Positions 30,177 to 39,881 of a DNA stretch of 64,000 nucleotides are shown piece by piece. Origin of the DNA: Bacillota bacterium (lineage in GTDB: Bacteria > Bacillota > DTU025); contig JBMNJT010000008.1 of the NCBI GenBank assembly GCA_050951805.1, forward strand, positions 259,061-323,060, in the 5' to 3' direction. The notes beneath the pieces were generated by a model. The model was not told the origin of the DNA. It worked only from the letters and a program-made list of their open reading frames with translations, and did not search any database. Position numbers and translations under genes: made by a program. Numbering within the stretch: the first letter of the stretch is position 1; every line of letters starts with the position of its first letter.

Positions 30177-32846
30177 ATGAAGAATATTGGAGATTACGTT
30201 TTTGATAAAACTAAAAATGAGCGTGTGCAGGTATTGGAGATCAGCGAAGTATGGGGCTTTGTGTCTTACAAGGTGTTTAATGCTTCTACCGGGACAGTTT
30301 ATAAGTTATCTGCTGAGGACATTTGCGCCGAAGCACCCGAAGAAAATTTTAATGAGAGCTATCTCCGATATGTTGCCCTGCTTTCAAAAATCAAGAACGA
30401 AACCTCCGCAGGCATCCTGTCAAAACTATCGAGCGGTATCATCCCTTTGCCGCACCAGTTGCACGTCCTTAACCGGGCTTTATCAAACAATAAGGTGAGA
30501 TACATATTGGCGGATGAAGTGGGTCTCGGAAAAACTATTGAAGCAGGACTCATTATTAAAGAGTTAAAGACCAGGGGACTTATCAAGCGGATACTGATTG
30601 TCTGCCCTACCGGTCTGGTAACCCAATGGAGTCTGGAAATGCAGGACAAGTTCAACGAGAAGTTCCATGTTATCCTGCCGGAAGATTATGATGCCATTCG
30701 TAAGATAACTGGAAATGAGGATGTTTACGGGCAGTTTGATCAGGTTATCTCACCTATGGATTCGATCAAGCCCTTGGAAAGACGGGTTGGCTGGACGGAA
30801 GAAAAGATTGCCCAATACAATGAGGAACGAATTTATTCCATCATTAACAGCGGCTGGGATTTGATCGTGATAGACGAGGCCCATAGGGTTGCCGGGAGCT
30901 CGGGGGAAGTAGCCAGACACAAGCTTGGCAGACTCCTGGCTGCAGCCAGCCCGTATCTTTTGCTATTAACTGCGACACCTCATAATGGCAAAACGGAACC
31001 GTTTTTGCGGCTAATACGACTGATTGATGAAAAGGCCTTCCCCAATATCAATGCTATTGTTAAGGAGCAGGTAGCTCCTTATGTTATAAGGACGGAAAAG
31101 CGTGAAGCCATAGACAATAACGGCAATAGGCTTTTTAAAAATCGAACTACCAGGGTTATTGAATTGCACTGGGACGAACGGCATTCCATGCAGCGCAGGC
31201 TGTATGAAATGGTGTCGGATTATGTCTCCCGAAATTATAATAAGGCCATGCGCAATCGAGGCAAAAACATGTGGTTCATATTTCTGCTCATTATGATGCA
31301 GCGTCTGGTCACCAGCAGCACAAGCGCGATCCGGGAAAGTATGGAACGGCGAGTGAAAGTCCTGGAAGAGCAGGCATTCAAATATCAATCCATGACCGAA
31401 GAAGAATTTGCCGAGATGGAATTGGAAGAAAACATGGAGGATGCCATTGCTGCCATTTCTCTGGACATCAAGGAAGAAATTGCCCGGCTTAACGATATTA
31501 TTGCGGTTGCCAGGCAGGCAGAGTTTCAATATCTTGATGTCAAAGTTGAGCCGTTGCTTGAAATTATCGACGACCTATTTGCTGAGGACCGGCAAAGAAA
31601 GGTTATTATTTTTACGGAATTTGTGGCGACCCAAAGCTACCTTGTCAAGCTGTTGAAAGACCGGGGGTATTCAACATCCATTCTCAACGGCAGCATGAGT
31701 ATTGAGGAACGGAATGCCGTGCTGCAGGAGTTTAAAACGGAAACGAACATCCTTATTTCGACCGACGCCGGTGGTGAGGGCCTAAACCTGCAATTTTCCA
31801 ACTGCATTATTAACTATGACCTGCCCTGGAATCCAATGAAGATAGAGCAGCGTATCGGGCGCGTTGACCGTATCGGGCAGCAAAGAGATGTGATAGTTTA
31901 TAATTTTATTCTGGCTGATACTGTTGAAAGCCGTGTAAAAGCTGTGTTGGAAGAAAAGCTTTCCGTTATCCTGAAAGAGATTGGCATCGACAAGTATTCT
32001 GATGTACTGGACAGCGAAGCTGCTGAGCTTAACTTTACGGATGCTTATATGAAATCAATCCGCAATCCTAAAAACATTGAGTTGAACATTCGCCCGGTTG
32101 AGGAGGATTTGAAAAAGCAGGTTCAAAACACCATGCGCATAAAAGACCTCATCAAGGAAGAAAAAGACCTTGCCTCAATGATTGGGACAGGATCTGCTTT
32201 TGACTTTGAAGCTGCATTGCGGCAGATGGTCGCGTACTATGAAAACTATAAGGGCAATCCCTACTTGCCTATCGAGCATCTCAGCATTAATGACCCTGTG
32301 ATTGTTGGCCATCTGAACAAGGAAATCGAGCAAGACTTGGGAGGTCAGCTTTTCAATGTTTCAATAAAAGATTTTCCCAACGAAAAGGGCTTCTTTATGC
32401 TGTGGCGGATATCACTTACTCTTGACAGCCAGGGGCAGAAGATTATCCCCATTTTTATTAACCAGGATTTTATCCTGCGTCCCATGGCGGGCAAAAAGAT
32501 ATGGGAGGCTATTCTTGACCAAGAAAGGGTTATTACTGTTCGCGACGGGGAAAAGATCGATATAAAAACTCAGAATAAGCTCCTTACAGCGTCACAGGAA
32601 TTTGCTTACGACACTTTCTTAACGCTGAAAGCTGAACTGGAAAAAAGAAATGAAGAAACATACCGAAAGTATTTGTATGCTTTGAACCTGCGCATTGAGG
32701 CCGCGCAGCGAATAGGGATCGAAAATATCAGGAAGCACAAACTTATGGTCTTAAGCCGGGAAAAGGCAGATATAGAAGCTAACTATCAGGCGGGCAAGAA
32801 ATTCTGCCCTGACTTTAAGCCGGTATTGATAGTACATATGGAGTGA
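30177..32846 (+). CDS. brxHII: BrxHII-like SNF2/DEAH superfamily-2 helicase (type 3 BREX)
   Basis: Motif I LADEVGLGKTIEAG. Motif II DLIVIDEAHR. Motif III LLLTATP. Motif VI QRIGRVDRIGQ. There is a C-terminal extension of about 290 aa of unknown fold. Confidence 0.8.
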   Translation: MKNIGDYVFDKTKNERVQVLEISEVWGFVSYKVFNASTGTVYKLSAEDICAEAPEENFNESYLRYVALLSKIKNETSAGILSKLSSGIIPLPHQLHVLNRALSNNKVRYILADEVGLGKTIEAGLIIKELKTRGLIKRILIVCPTGLVTQWSLEMQDKFNEKFHVILPEDYDAIRKITGNEDVYGQFDQVISPMDSIKPLERRVGWTEEKIAQYNEERIYSIINSGWDLIVIDEAHRVAGSSGEVARHKLGRLLAAASPYLLLLTATPHNGKTEPFLRLIRLIDEKAFPNINAIVKEQVAPYVIRTEKREAIDNNGNRLFKNRTTRVIELHWDERHSMQRRLYEMVSDYVSRNYNKAMRNRGKNMWFIFLLIMMQRLVTSSTSAIRESMERRVKVLEEQAFKYQSMTEEEFAEMELEENMEDAIAAISLDIKEEIARLNDIIAVARQAEFQYLDVKVEPLLEIIDDLFAEDRQRKVIIFTEFVATQSYLVKLLKDRGYSTSILNGSMSIEERNAVLQEFKTETNILISTDAGGEGLNLQFSNCIINYDLPWNPMKIEQRIGRVDRIGQQRDVIVYNFILADTVESRVKAVLEEKLSVILKEIGIDKYSDVLDSEAAELNFTDAYMKSIRNPKNIELNIRPVEEDLKKQVQNTMRIKDLIKEEKDLASMIGTGSAFDFEAALRQMVAYYENYKGNPYLPIEHLSINDPVIVGHLNKEIEQDLGGQLFNVSIKDFPNEKGFFMLWRISLTLDSQGQKIIPIFINQDFILRPMAGKKIWEAILDQERVITVRDGEKIDIKTQNKLLTASQEFAYDTFLTLKAELEKRNEETYRKYLYALNLRIEAAQRIGIENIRKHKLMVLSREKADIEANYQAGKKFCPDFKPVLIVHME

Positions 32847-32851
32847 ATTTT

Positions 32852-34297
32852 ATGATAGAGAAACGGATAGCAGAGCTTTTTTCAATTCAATATGAAAAGC
32901 GGTTGCTGATATTTGATGCCGGTGGATTTTGTGCTGCCTTTGATTATACCAGGCTGCTTATTTCTCAGAATTTTGAGGTTATCCGGTATGAGGATATTGA
33001 AGCATTCCGGCTAAGGTATGAGCAAGAAATAAGGAATTCTGATAATAAATATGCGGTTATTGTTTGTTCCGACATATATGTGCCGTACGATATAAGGAAA
33101 CAGTTTTTTGAGGTTGAAATTTCTCTAAGAGGCATCTTTCCGAAACTTCATGAAGATACGGTACGCCGGTATATTAAAGACATTGACTTGATTAGCTTTG
33201 CCTATGGGGAGCTTTATTCGTCCTGTGACACCAGGGAAAAGACGGAAATATTTATTTCAGATACGGTCTTTTCAAAGGGAAATATAAAAAACTATTGTGA
33301 GCTAATGATAAAAAACCTTTTGCCTTCCGGCGACAAATCCGGTATTACTGCCAATGGCTGGATTGAGATTGCCCGTAAAAAGGCCTTGATTGATTATTAC
33401 GCTGCCAAAGCAAATATCTCGATCGATACGAGTTTTGTTGACGCGGAATTTGAAAAGTTTATATTTGATGGCTATCAAAAGCTTTCCGGTGAGACCAAAA
33501 AAGAGGCTCCTGCTATCTTGCCTAAAGTAATTGATTTTATAGCGCATGGTAAGACTGCACTTATTGTCGTCGATGGGATGTCGTTATTTGACTTTGAGAT
33601 AATCTCACGATATTTGGAAGGCATTGACTATGAATACCATTGTACTTATGCCCTAATACCAACGACGACGGCTATTTCAAGGCAAGGCCTGCTCAGCGGG
33701 AAGTATCCGCGTGAGTTGGAAAATCCTTTTACTTTAAGCCAAGAAGAAAAGGGCTTTATGGAGGCTGCCAAGAACAGGGGATATACCAAACAGCAAAGCT
33801 TATATGCAAAGGGCTACAATCCGCCCATTAGTCATTTTACAAGGTTTGCGGCTATTATCATTAATGATATAGACGATTTAGTTCACGGTCAAAAGCAAGG
33901 CCGTGTAGGGATGTATAATGACGTTTCGTTATTGGCAAAAAGCGGCAAGTTACAAACATTAATACAAGATTTATATTCACAAGGATTTAATATTTATATA
34001 ACATCCGATCATGGCAACACTCCCTGCATCGGAGCAGGAGCTATCCGCAATGCTGGAGTCGAGGTGGAAACCAGATCCAAGAGGATGTTTGTACTGAAAG
34101 ATTTTGCGGAAGAAAAGGATTCTTTTGGAGACAAAGTCGTGACTTATCCGGGATATTACTTGGATAAAGACTATAAATACTACGTCTGCGAGTCAGGTGT
34201 TTCTTTTGATAATAAGAATGAAGAAGTAATGACACACGGAGGCATCTCCATTGACGAGGTAATTGTCCCATTCATTAAAGTAAAGGCGGTAATTTAG
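32852..34297 (+). CDS. pglZ: PglZ-domain alkaline-phosphatase-fold protein (type 3 BREX)
   Basis: ALIVVDGMSLFDF, PTTTAISRQGLLSG and ITSDHGN motifs are typical of the PglZ/alkaline phosphatase fold. The start follows the helicase stop by a few nt. Confidence 0.8.
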   Translation: MIEKRIAELFSIQYEKRLLIFDAGGFCAAFDYTRLLISQNFEVIRYEDIEAFRLRYEQEIRNSDNKYAVIVCSDIYVPYDIRKQFFEVEISLRGIFPKLHEDTVRRYIKDIDLISFAYGELYSSCDTREKTEIFISDTVFSKGNIKNYCELMIKNLLPSGDKSGITANGWIEIARKKALIDYYAAKANISIDTSFVDAEFEKFIFDGYQKLSGETKKEAPAILPKVIDFIAHGKTALIVVDGMSLFDFEIISRYLEGIDYEYHCTYALIPTTTAISRQGLLSGKYPRELENPFTLSQEEKGFMEAAKNRGYTKQQSLYAKGYNPPISHFTRFAAIIINDIDDLVHGQKQGRVGMYNDVSLLAKSGKLQTLIQDLYSQGFNIYITSDHGNTPCIGAGAIRNAGVEVETRSKRMFVLKDFAEEKDSFGDKVVTYPGYYLDKDYKYYVCESGVSFDNKNEEVMTHGGISIDEVIVPFIKVKAVI

Positions 34298-35002
34298 ATG
34301 GCAAAAATAATTGGACTGTCCCGTTCCATTAGATTGGAATGGCTCAATAAAACTGTAGAACTCGTACTGGAGGGAAAGAACGAAACGCAAATTAAAGACG
34401 AATTGAACGAATACTTGTCCTTTGAAATAAAGAGCCCGACTGTTCTGAGAAAAACACGGGAAATCCTCATGAATATATGGGTGAGGACTCCTGAGGAACT
34501 TTCAACTTTAAAACAGCAAGCTTTAGAAGCTTATAAGGATGAGAAGTCGAATAAACTGGCATTGCATTGGAGCATGATGCTGGTTGCATATCCTGTATTC
34601 TCTGATGTGTGTGCTTTAATAGGCAAGCTCACTAACATCCAGGATACATTTGCGGCATCCTGGCTTAAGGAAAAGCTGTTTGAAATGTGGGGAGAACGGA
34701 CTACGCTGTTTCATTCCAGTGATAAGATATTGCAAACCTTGAAGCAAATTGGAGCTATTGAAAATGAGAAAGTTGGGGTATATCGCATAAAAAAGTACCC
34801 GGTTACCGATGTGAAAACCATACAGGTGTTGTTATTGGCCATCCTTCACTTAAGGGAAAGAGCCTACTATGAAATTGCAGAGCTTTCTTCGGTACCCCAG
34901 GCTTTTCCGTTTGAATACACTGTTTCACTCGAATGGCTGCATGACTCGGATTTATTTACGTTAAGTAACTTTGGCGGCAAAATTGTGTTAACAGTGGATT
35001 AA
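34298..35002 (+). CDS. brxA: BrxA-like protein (type 3 BREX)
   Basis: 234-aa helical protein. The start abuts the pglZ stop (TAGATG). It is the terminal gene, as in the canonical type 3 order. The assignment is mainly by synteny and size. Confidence 0.5.
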   Translation: MAKIIGLSRSIRLEWLNKTVELVLEGKNETQIKDELNEYLSFEIKSPTVLRKTREILMNIWVRTPEELSTLKQQALEAYKDEKSNKLALHWSMMLVAYPVFSDVCALIGKLTNIQDTFAASWLKEKLFEMWGERTTLFHSSDKILQTLKQIGAIENEKVGVYRIKKYPVTDVKTIQVLLLAILHLRERAYYEIAELSSVPQAFPFEYTVSLEWLHDSDLFTLSNFGGKIVLTVD

Positions 35003-35323
35003 TTAGCAGTGGAGAAATTATCTTCTCTCCCTAGTATAGAAGGAGTTGTATTAGGAGATTCACATATAAAAGGTACACCAAATTTATGATGCTGATTGCA
35101 ACTGCAAGGAAAGATTGAAGAAAGTAAATTGGTAATGTATTATAGAAAGAGTTAATGAAAAGAAATATCATTATGTTTTTGTTTATTCAGTTTTATTTTT
35201 ATTCAATTATTGCCATTACAAGGTATGCGATTATAACACTATTAATTGTAATTTGTGTAATGTTTAAATGTTTGACCCTGAAATGACGTGAACATAAAAA
35301 TCCAATAAAATCTATAGTCATTA

Positions 35324-35345
35324 ACACCCAAACGGGTGTTTTTTA
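35324..35345 (+). terminator. rho-independent terminator-like hairpin
   Basis: ACACCC-aaac-GGGTGT followed by a T run. It may overlap the left end of the neighbouring IS21 element. Confidence 0.5.
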
Positions 35346-35454
35346 TTTATATATAATTAAGTCTGGTTTATAAACCCCAGACAAGGAGGTGATGCCTATG
35401 CTTGTACTGATAAAGATATTCTGGCTTTAATAACAACCAAAGGAGGAAATCAAA

Positions 35455-36925
35455 ATGATCGGCATCGAACAATACCGAAAAATCCAGGAGTACAAAGCAC
35501 TTGGACTTGCTCAGACAAAAACCGCAAAAGCACTGGGGATAACCTATTCTTCTGTCAGCAAATACTGGAATATGAGCGAAGAAGATTATGTAAGGAAGCT
35601 GAAAAGGAAAGGTACCACATGGATAACTATCGTCAGTACATACTGGAACATCTGAAATTTGCCCACAAATGAGGGATACAAACATCTATCTCAAATTGGT
35701 GGAGGCCTTCCCTGATCTACAAGTTAAACGAGCTACATTCTACCGCTATATGAAAGCCTTAAGGGAACAGCACGGGTATCCGCATGCCAGTAAACGTAAA
35801 ACCTCACCCCGTGAAATTTCTCCGCCGGGATATGAAGCGCAGGCGGATTTTGGTCAATACAAACTTAAGGATATGTACGGGCGAATTGTACGAATATATT
35901 TCTTTTGCATGGTTCTGAGTTATAGCAGAATGAAATTTGTTTATTTTTCACCGGATCCCTTTACAACCAAAACAGCCATTAAAGCTCATAACTATGCATT
36001 CCAATATTTTGGAGGAAGAACACAGACTATTCTTTATGACCTTGACCGTGTCTATGTAGTCAGTGAAAATCTGGGGAATATCATATTCGTACCCACATTT
36101 GAAGAATATGTTAAGCGTATAGGTTACAGTGTTTCGCTATGTAGACCAAGAGATCCTCAAAGTAAAGGCAAGGTTGAAGAGGTGATTGGATACATAAAGC
36201 AAAGTTTTCTTGAGGGCAGGATATACACCGGAATTGATAGCCTTAACAGTGCTGCCCTTGCATGGTTAGATAGGGAAGGCAACGGGCGAATACATACTGT
36301 GACCAGAAAAGTGCCGCGTGAAATGTTCATGGAAGAGCAAAAATACCTGCTCCATGTCAAACCTTATTCCGAAGTATCAAGCACTGTTGCCTCCTTTGAT
36401 AAGGATGGAGTGGTAAGTTATAAAGGCAACCGTTATCAGATTAATACAGGTATGATGGATGCTCATAAACGCATTCGCATTGAAGATGATGGTGAAATGC
36501 TTTTGTTCTATGATGCTGAAACAAATGATTTATTGGCTAAATATCCAGTCACAGAAGATACCGGGCAGTTGTTCAAACCAGAAGAAAATTACAGCAGAGA
36601 CAGGGTTTCTTTAACCATCATAAAACAATATTTTGCAGAATACGAAATAGCTCAGGAATTCATCCGGCTTATGGAGTTACAGCAACCCAAATATTTTAAT
36701 TCCCATTGTATTCGAATAAACCGGATGACGAAGTTTTATACAATTGGACAATTGCTTGATGGAATAGAATACTGCATTGATACTGAACGCTGCAGTGCCT
36801 ATGAGCTTTTGGCTTATCTCATGTATCAGTACGGAGAGCATATAGCTAAGAAGTTTTTGCCGAATCAGCAGTATTTTAACCATTTGGCGAGGAGTAAAGA
36901 AATAAGGAGGGAAATCGATGGCTGA
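35455..36925 (+). pseudogene. istA: IS21-family transposase IstA, reading frame broken near the HTH/DDE junction
   Basis: The HTH N-terminus (35455-35655) and the DDE body (35669-36925) are in different frames. A third frame between them reads LDNYRQYILEHLKF (35619-35669), which is typical IstA sequence. This implies one or two indels. Confidence 0.7.
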
Positions 36926-37604
36926 TATAACAGAAATCCGTGAATTGGCCCAAAAGCTCAACCTTTGGAATATCGCAAGGGGATATATTGATTTGAATGA
37001 TGAGAAACTATCAAACCTTGACTATCTTAAGATGGTGTTAGAAAAAGAATTGGAGATTAGGGTCAGGCAAAAATACACCAAGCTGAGGAAGGCAAGTAAG
37101 CTTCCAAACAAAGCATTTGACGCATCGAATTCAAACAAGGGCTTAAAATGGCAGATTAAACAGTTATCCAACCTGACATGGCTTAAGGAAGAGCAAAACT
37201 TAATCCTGCTGGGAAAATGCGGGACGGGTAAGACCGGTCTTGCAGCGCAGCTTGGAGAAACTGCAATCAGCAATGGATATAAAACCTATTATGCGCCTTT
37301 TGATAATTTTATCGCAGTGGCAGAAAAGAAAGCCACAAATCCAAAAGCAGAAGCGATCTTTTCTTATATGCAGGAATGTGACTTAATTATTATTGATGAT
37401 GTCTTTTATGTGGAACCAACCAGGGCAGAACTGCAGGTTTTCTACCGGGCAGTTACCTTTCTTAATGAAACCAGAAGCATTATTTTTATAACCAATCGTG
37501 AACTGTCGGCATGGATAGATGCAGCCGAGGACAAGCACCTTTGCCAGACTTTATTGGACAGGATGACGGTCAATTGTCAGATTGTTCGTTTGACTGACAA
37601 GTAA
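36918..37604 (+). CDS. istB: IS21-family helper ATPase IstB
   Basis: Walker A GKCGTGKTGLAAQLG and Walker B LIIIDDV. The start overlaps the istA stop. Confidence 0.85.
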   Translation: MADITEIRELAQKLNLWNIARGYIDLNDEKLSNLDYLKMVLEKELEIRVRQKYTKLRKASKLPNKAFDASNSNKGLKWQIKQLSNLTWLKEEQNLILLGKCGTGKTGLAAQLGETAISNGYKTYYAPFDNFIAVAEKKATNPKAEAIFSYMQECDLIIIDDVFYVEPTRAELQVFYRAVTFLNETRSIIFITNRELSAWIDAAEDKHLCQTLLDRMTVNCQIVRLTDK

Positions 37605-37868
37605 ATAAAAACACTCACTTCTTTTTTAATAGGGGCAAATACCTCGTTTGAAAACAATGCCGAAAAACGGCTTAAAATAGATGCAAAAAATCTCACGAAA
37701 TTCAAAGAACTGCTTAACTTTTGAGATTTTCTGCAGTTTATAGGGTAGGGGGGTCTAAATCTCTACCGCTTTTCACCCCGGAAACGGGCGGGGGGTCACG
37801 CGCGAAAAATCGCAGTTTCAAACGGGGTATATCCCCTGTTTATTTTTACATGAATCGAGGTGATGTGT

Positions 37869-38421
37869 ATGGCAAAGGACGGTACCAACCGCGGCGGGGC
37901 ACGTATTGGTGCAGGACAGAAGAAAAAGCCTCTGGCGGATAAGATTTTGGAAGGAAACCCCGGCAGACGAAAGCTCATGGTAATGGAGTTTACGGATGCT
38001 GCGGAACTGGAAGGAGAGAGCATGCCGCCACCGAGGGATTATCTTGCTGCAAAGCAGAAGAACGGAAAAACAACACTGGCGGTGGAAATATACGAAAAAA
38101 CATGGCAGTGGCTTAAGGAACGCAGGTGTGTTCACCTTATCCCTGCGCAGCTTATAGAGCAATATGCCCAGAGTGTGGCGCGGTGGATCCAGTGCGAGGA
38201 ATGTATCACTGAATTTGGCTTTCTTGCTAAGCATCCGACGACTGGCAATGCCATCCCGTCACCTTATGTGGCTATGAGTCAAAGCTTTCATGAAACAGGC
38301 CAATAACCTGTGGTATCAAATTTATCAAGTCGTGCGGGAAAACTGTGCTACCGAATACAAGGGGGCTACTCCTCACGATGATGTGATGGAAAAACTCCTG
38401 ACAGCCAGGAGGGGTGGCTGA
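37869..38421 (+). pseudogene. terS: phage terminase small subunit (P27 family), 1-nt frameshift
   Basis: MAKDGTNRGGARIGAGQKKKPLADKILEGNPGRRKL is the P27-family N-terminus. The ORF stops at 38306. The +1 frame continues with FMKQANNLWYQIYQVVRENC... to TGA 38419-38421, which is coupled to the next ATG. The shift lies at a T run near 38285-38290. Confidence 0.65.
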
Positions 38422-38603
38422 TGCATAAAACAAATTCAATCTTTCTTAGGGAACTAAGAAAATATAAAGACCATTTAACGAAGCAGCAGTTTAAGACTCT
38501 GCGGGGACAAGTAATAAACGGAGATTGTGAGGGCGCAAAAAAGGGTCTTAAGAAAATATTGAACAGGAGAATGCAGCATGAACATACAAAAAATATCTGT
38601 TGA
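38421..38603 (+). CDS. small hypothetical phage protein
   Basis: 60-aa basic ORF. Its ATG overlaps the TGA of the shifted terS frame. Confidence 0.4.
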   Translation: MHKTNSIFLRELRKYKDHLTKQQFKTLRGQVINGDCEGAKKGLKKILNRRMQHEHTKNIC

Positions 38604-39876
38604 AAAACTTAATCCAGCAGCATACAACCCGCGCAAGGATTTAAAACCTGGCGATAAGGAATATGAAAAGCTAAAACGGTCAATAGAGGAATTTGGCTAT
38701 GTGGAGCCTGTTATCTGGAACCAAAAAACAGGTAATGTGGTAGGCGGGCATCAACGCTTAAAGGTTTTGCTGGACTTGGGACAGACAGAGATAGACTGCG
38801 TCGTTGTAGATCTTGACCCGCAGAGAGAAAAAGCGCTTAATCTTGCTCTTAATAAGATTCAGGGAGAGTGGGACGAGAATAAACTGGCTGAACTGATGGC
38901 TGAGTTGGACGCAGGTGCATTTGATGTTTCGCTTACAGGGTTTGACGCTTCTGAAATAGACGAACTGCTTAACCGATGGTACTCCAAAGAGGCGATACAA
39001 GACAGCTTTGACATAGATAAAGCGCATGAGGAAATTGTGCAGCGCGAGCCTGTAACGAAGCGGGGCGATATCTGGCTTCTCGGGAATCATCGCTTGATGT
39101 GCGGCGACTCTACTAAGGATGAGGATTTTGAGAAGTTGATGGAAGGGTGTCACGCACAGATGGCAGTGACTTCCCCTCCATATGGGGTAGGCAAAGAATA
39201 TGAAAAGGCCGGGATTGAACCATGGTTCGAGACAGTACGCCCAGTGATTAGAAACCTGTGCAGGTATGCAGATATTGTCTGCTGGAACTTAGGTGATCTC
39301 TATGCCACCGGCTCTCAGTTTATTGAACCCACCAGTGTTTACAGCGTGAATATGTTCTTGGACAACGGTTACCGCCCTATCTGGATCCGCATTTGGAAGA
39401 AACAAGGGCAAAATTTCGGCGTAGGACCTTATCATCTTGTTTCAAACAAGCCGGTTCAGCAGTATGAGTATATTTCAGCCTTCAGCAATAAAGGAGAAGT
39501 TGAGGAATATAACGATCAGGAATATGTATGGCTTTCAGCCTTTGCGGGACACAGTTATAAATTTGTGAAACGGCTTACAAAGGAAGAACGCAAGAAATGG
39601 GGCTATGCTGGGATATGGGAGATGACCACTGTACGGGCAAACAAGGAGCATCCTGCAATGTTCCCTGTGGAGCTTCCATGGCGGTGCATCAAAATGCACA
39701 GCGACAAGGGCGGTATTGTGCTTGAGCCGTTCTCTGGTAGCGGAACTACTATAATTGCGGCTGAACAGACCGAGCGTAAATGCTACGCAATGGAGTTATC
39801 CCCTGTTTACTGTGATTTAGCTGTTAAGCGCTGGGAGGAATTCACCGGTGAAAAAGCCATCAAACTGGAGGGTTAA
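38578..39876 (+). CDS. ParB-like nuclease domain / DNA methyltransferase fusion (SPPY type)
   Basis: N-terminal ParB/Srx motif (VGGHQRLKV). Catalytic VTSPPYGVGKEY. SAM motif LEPFSGSGTTIIAAE, with beta-class order (motif IV before motif I). Confidence 0.85.
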   Translation: MNIQKISVEKLNPAAYNPRKDLKPGDKEYEKLKRSIEEFGYVEPVIWNQKTGNVVGGHQRLKVLLDLGQTEIDCVVVDLDPQREKALNLALNKIQGEWDENKLAELMAELDAGAFDVSLTGFDASEIDELLNRWYSKEAIQDSFDIDKAHEEIVQREPVTKRGDIWLLGNHRLMCGDSTKDEDFEKLMEGCHAQMAVTSPPYGVGKEYEKAGIEPWFETVRPVIRNLCRYADIVCWNLGDLYATGSQFIEPTSVYSVNMFLDNGYRPIWIRIWKKQGQNFGVGPYHLVSNKPVQQYEYISAFSNKGEVEEYNDQEYVWLSAFAGHSYKFVKRLTKEERKKWGYAGIWEMTTVRANKEHPAMFPVELPWRCIKMHSDKGGIVLEPFSGSGTTIIAAEQTERKCYAMELSPVYCDLAVKRWEEFTGEKAIKLEG

Positions 39877-39881
39877 GATTT

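Larger units (their letters stand above)
35337..37670 (+). mobile_element. IS21-family insertion sequence (AT-rich copy); ends approximate
   Basis: istA-istB gene pair. A TGTTTT motif occurs at 35337 and its complement (..GAAAACA / ATGCCGAAAAAC) at 37645-37668, resembling the terminus of the second IS21 copy. No unambiguous target duplication was found. Confidence 0.5.

Noticed and set aside
22617-35002. Alternative classification of the defence locus as DISARM or as a type I/III restriction-modification system, because it has an SNF2 helicase and a methyltransferase.
   Set aside because: A PglZ alkaline-phosphatase-fold gene and a large BrxC-like P-loop ATPase are present. There is no DUF1998, no PLD nuclease, and no Res or HsdR/HsdS genes. 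The gene order matches type 3 BREX exactly.
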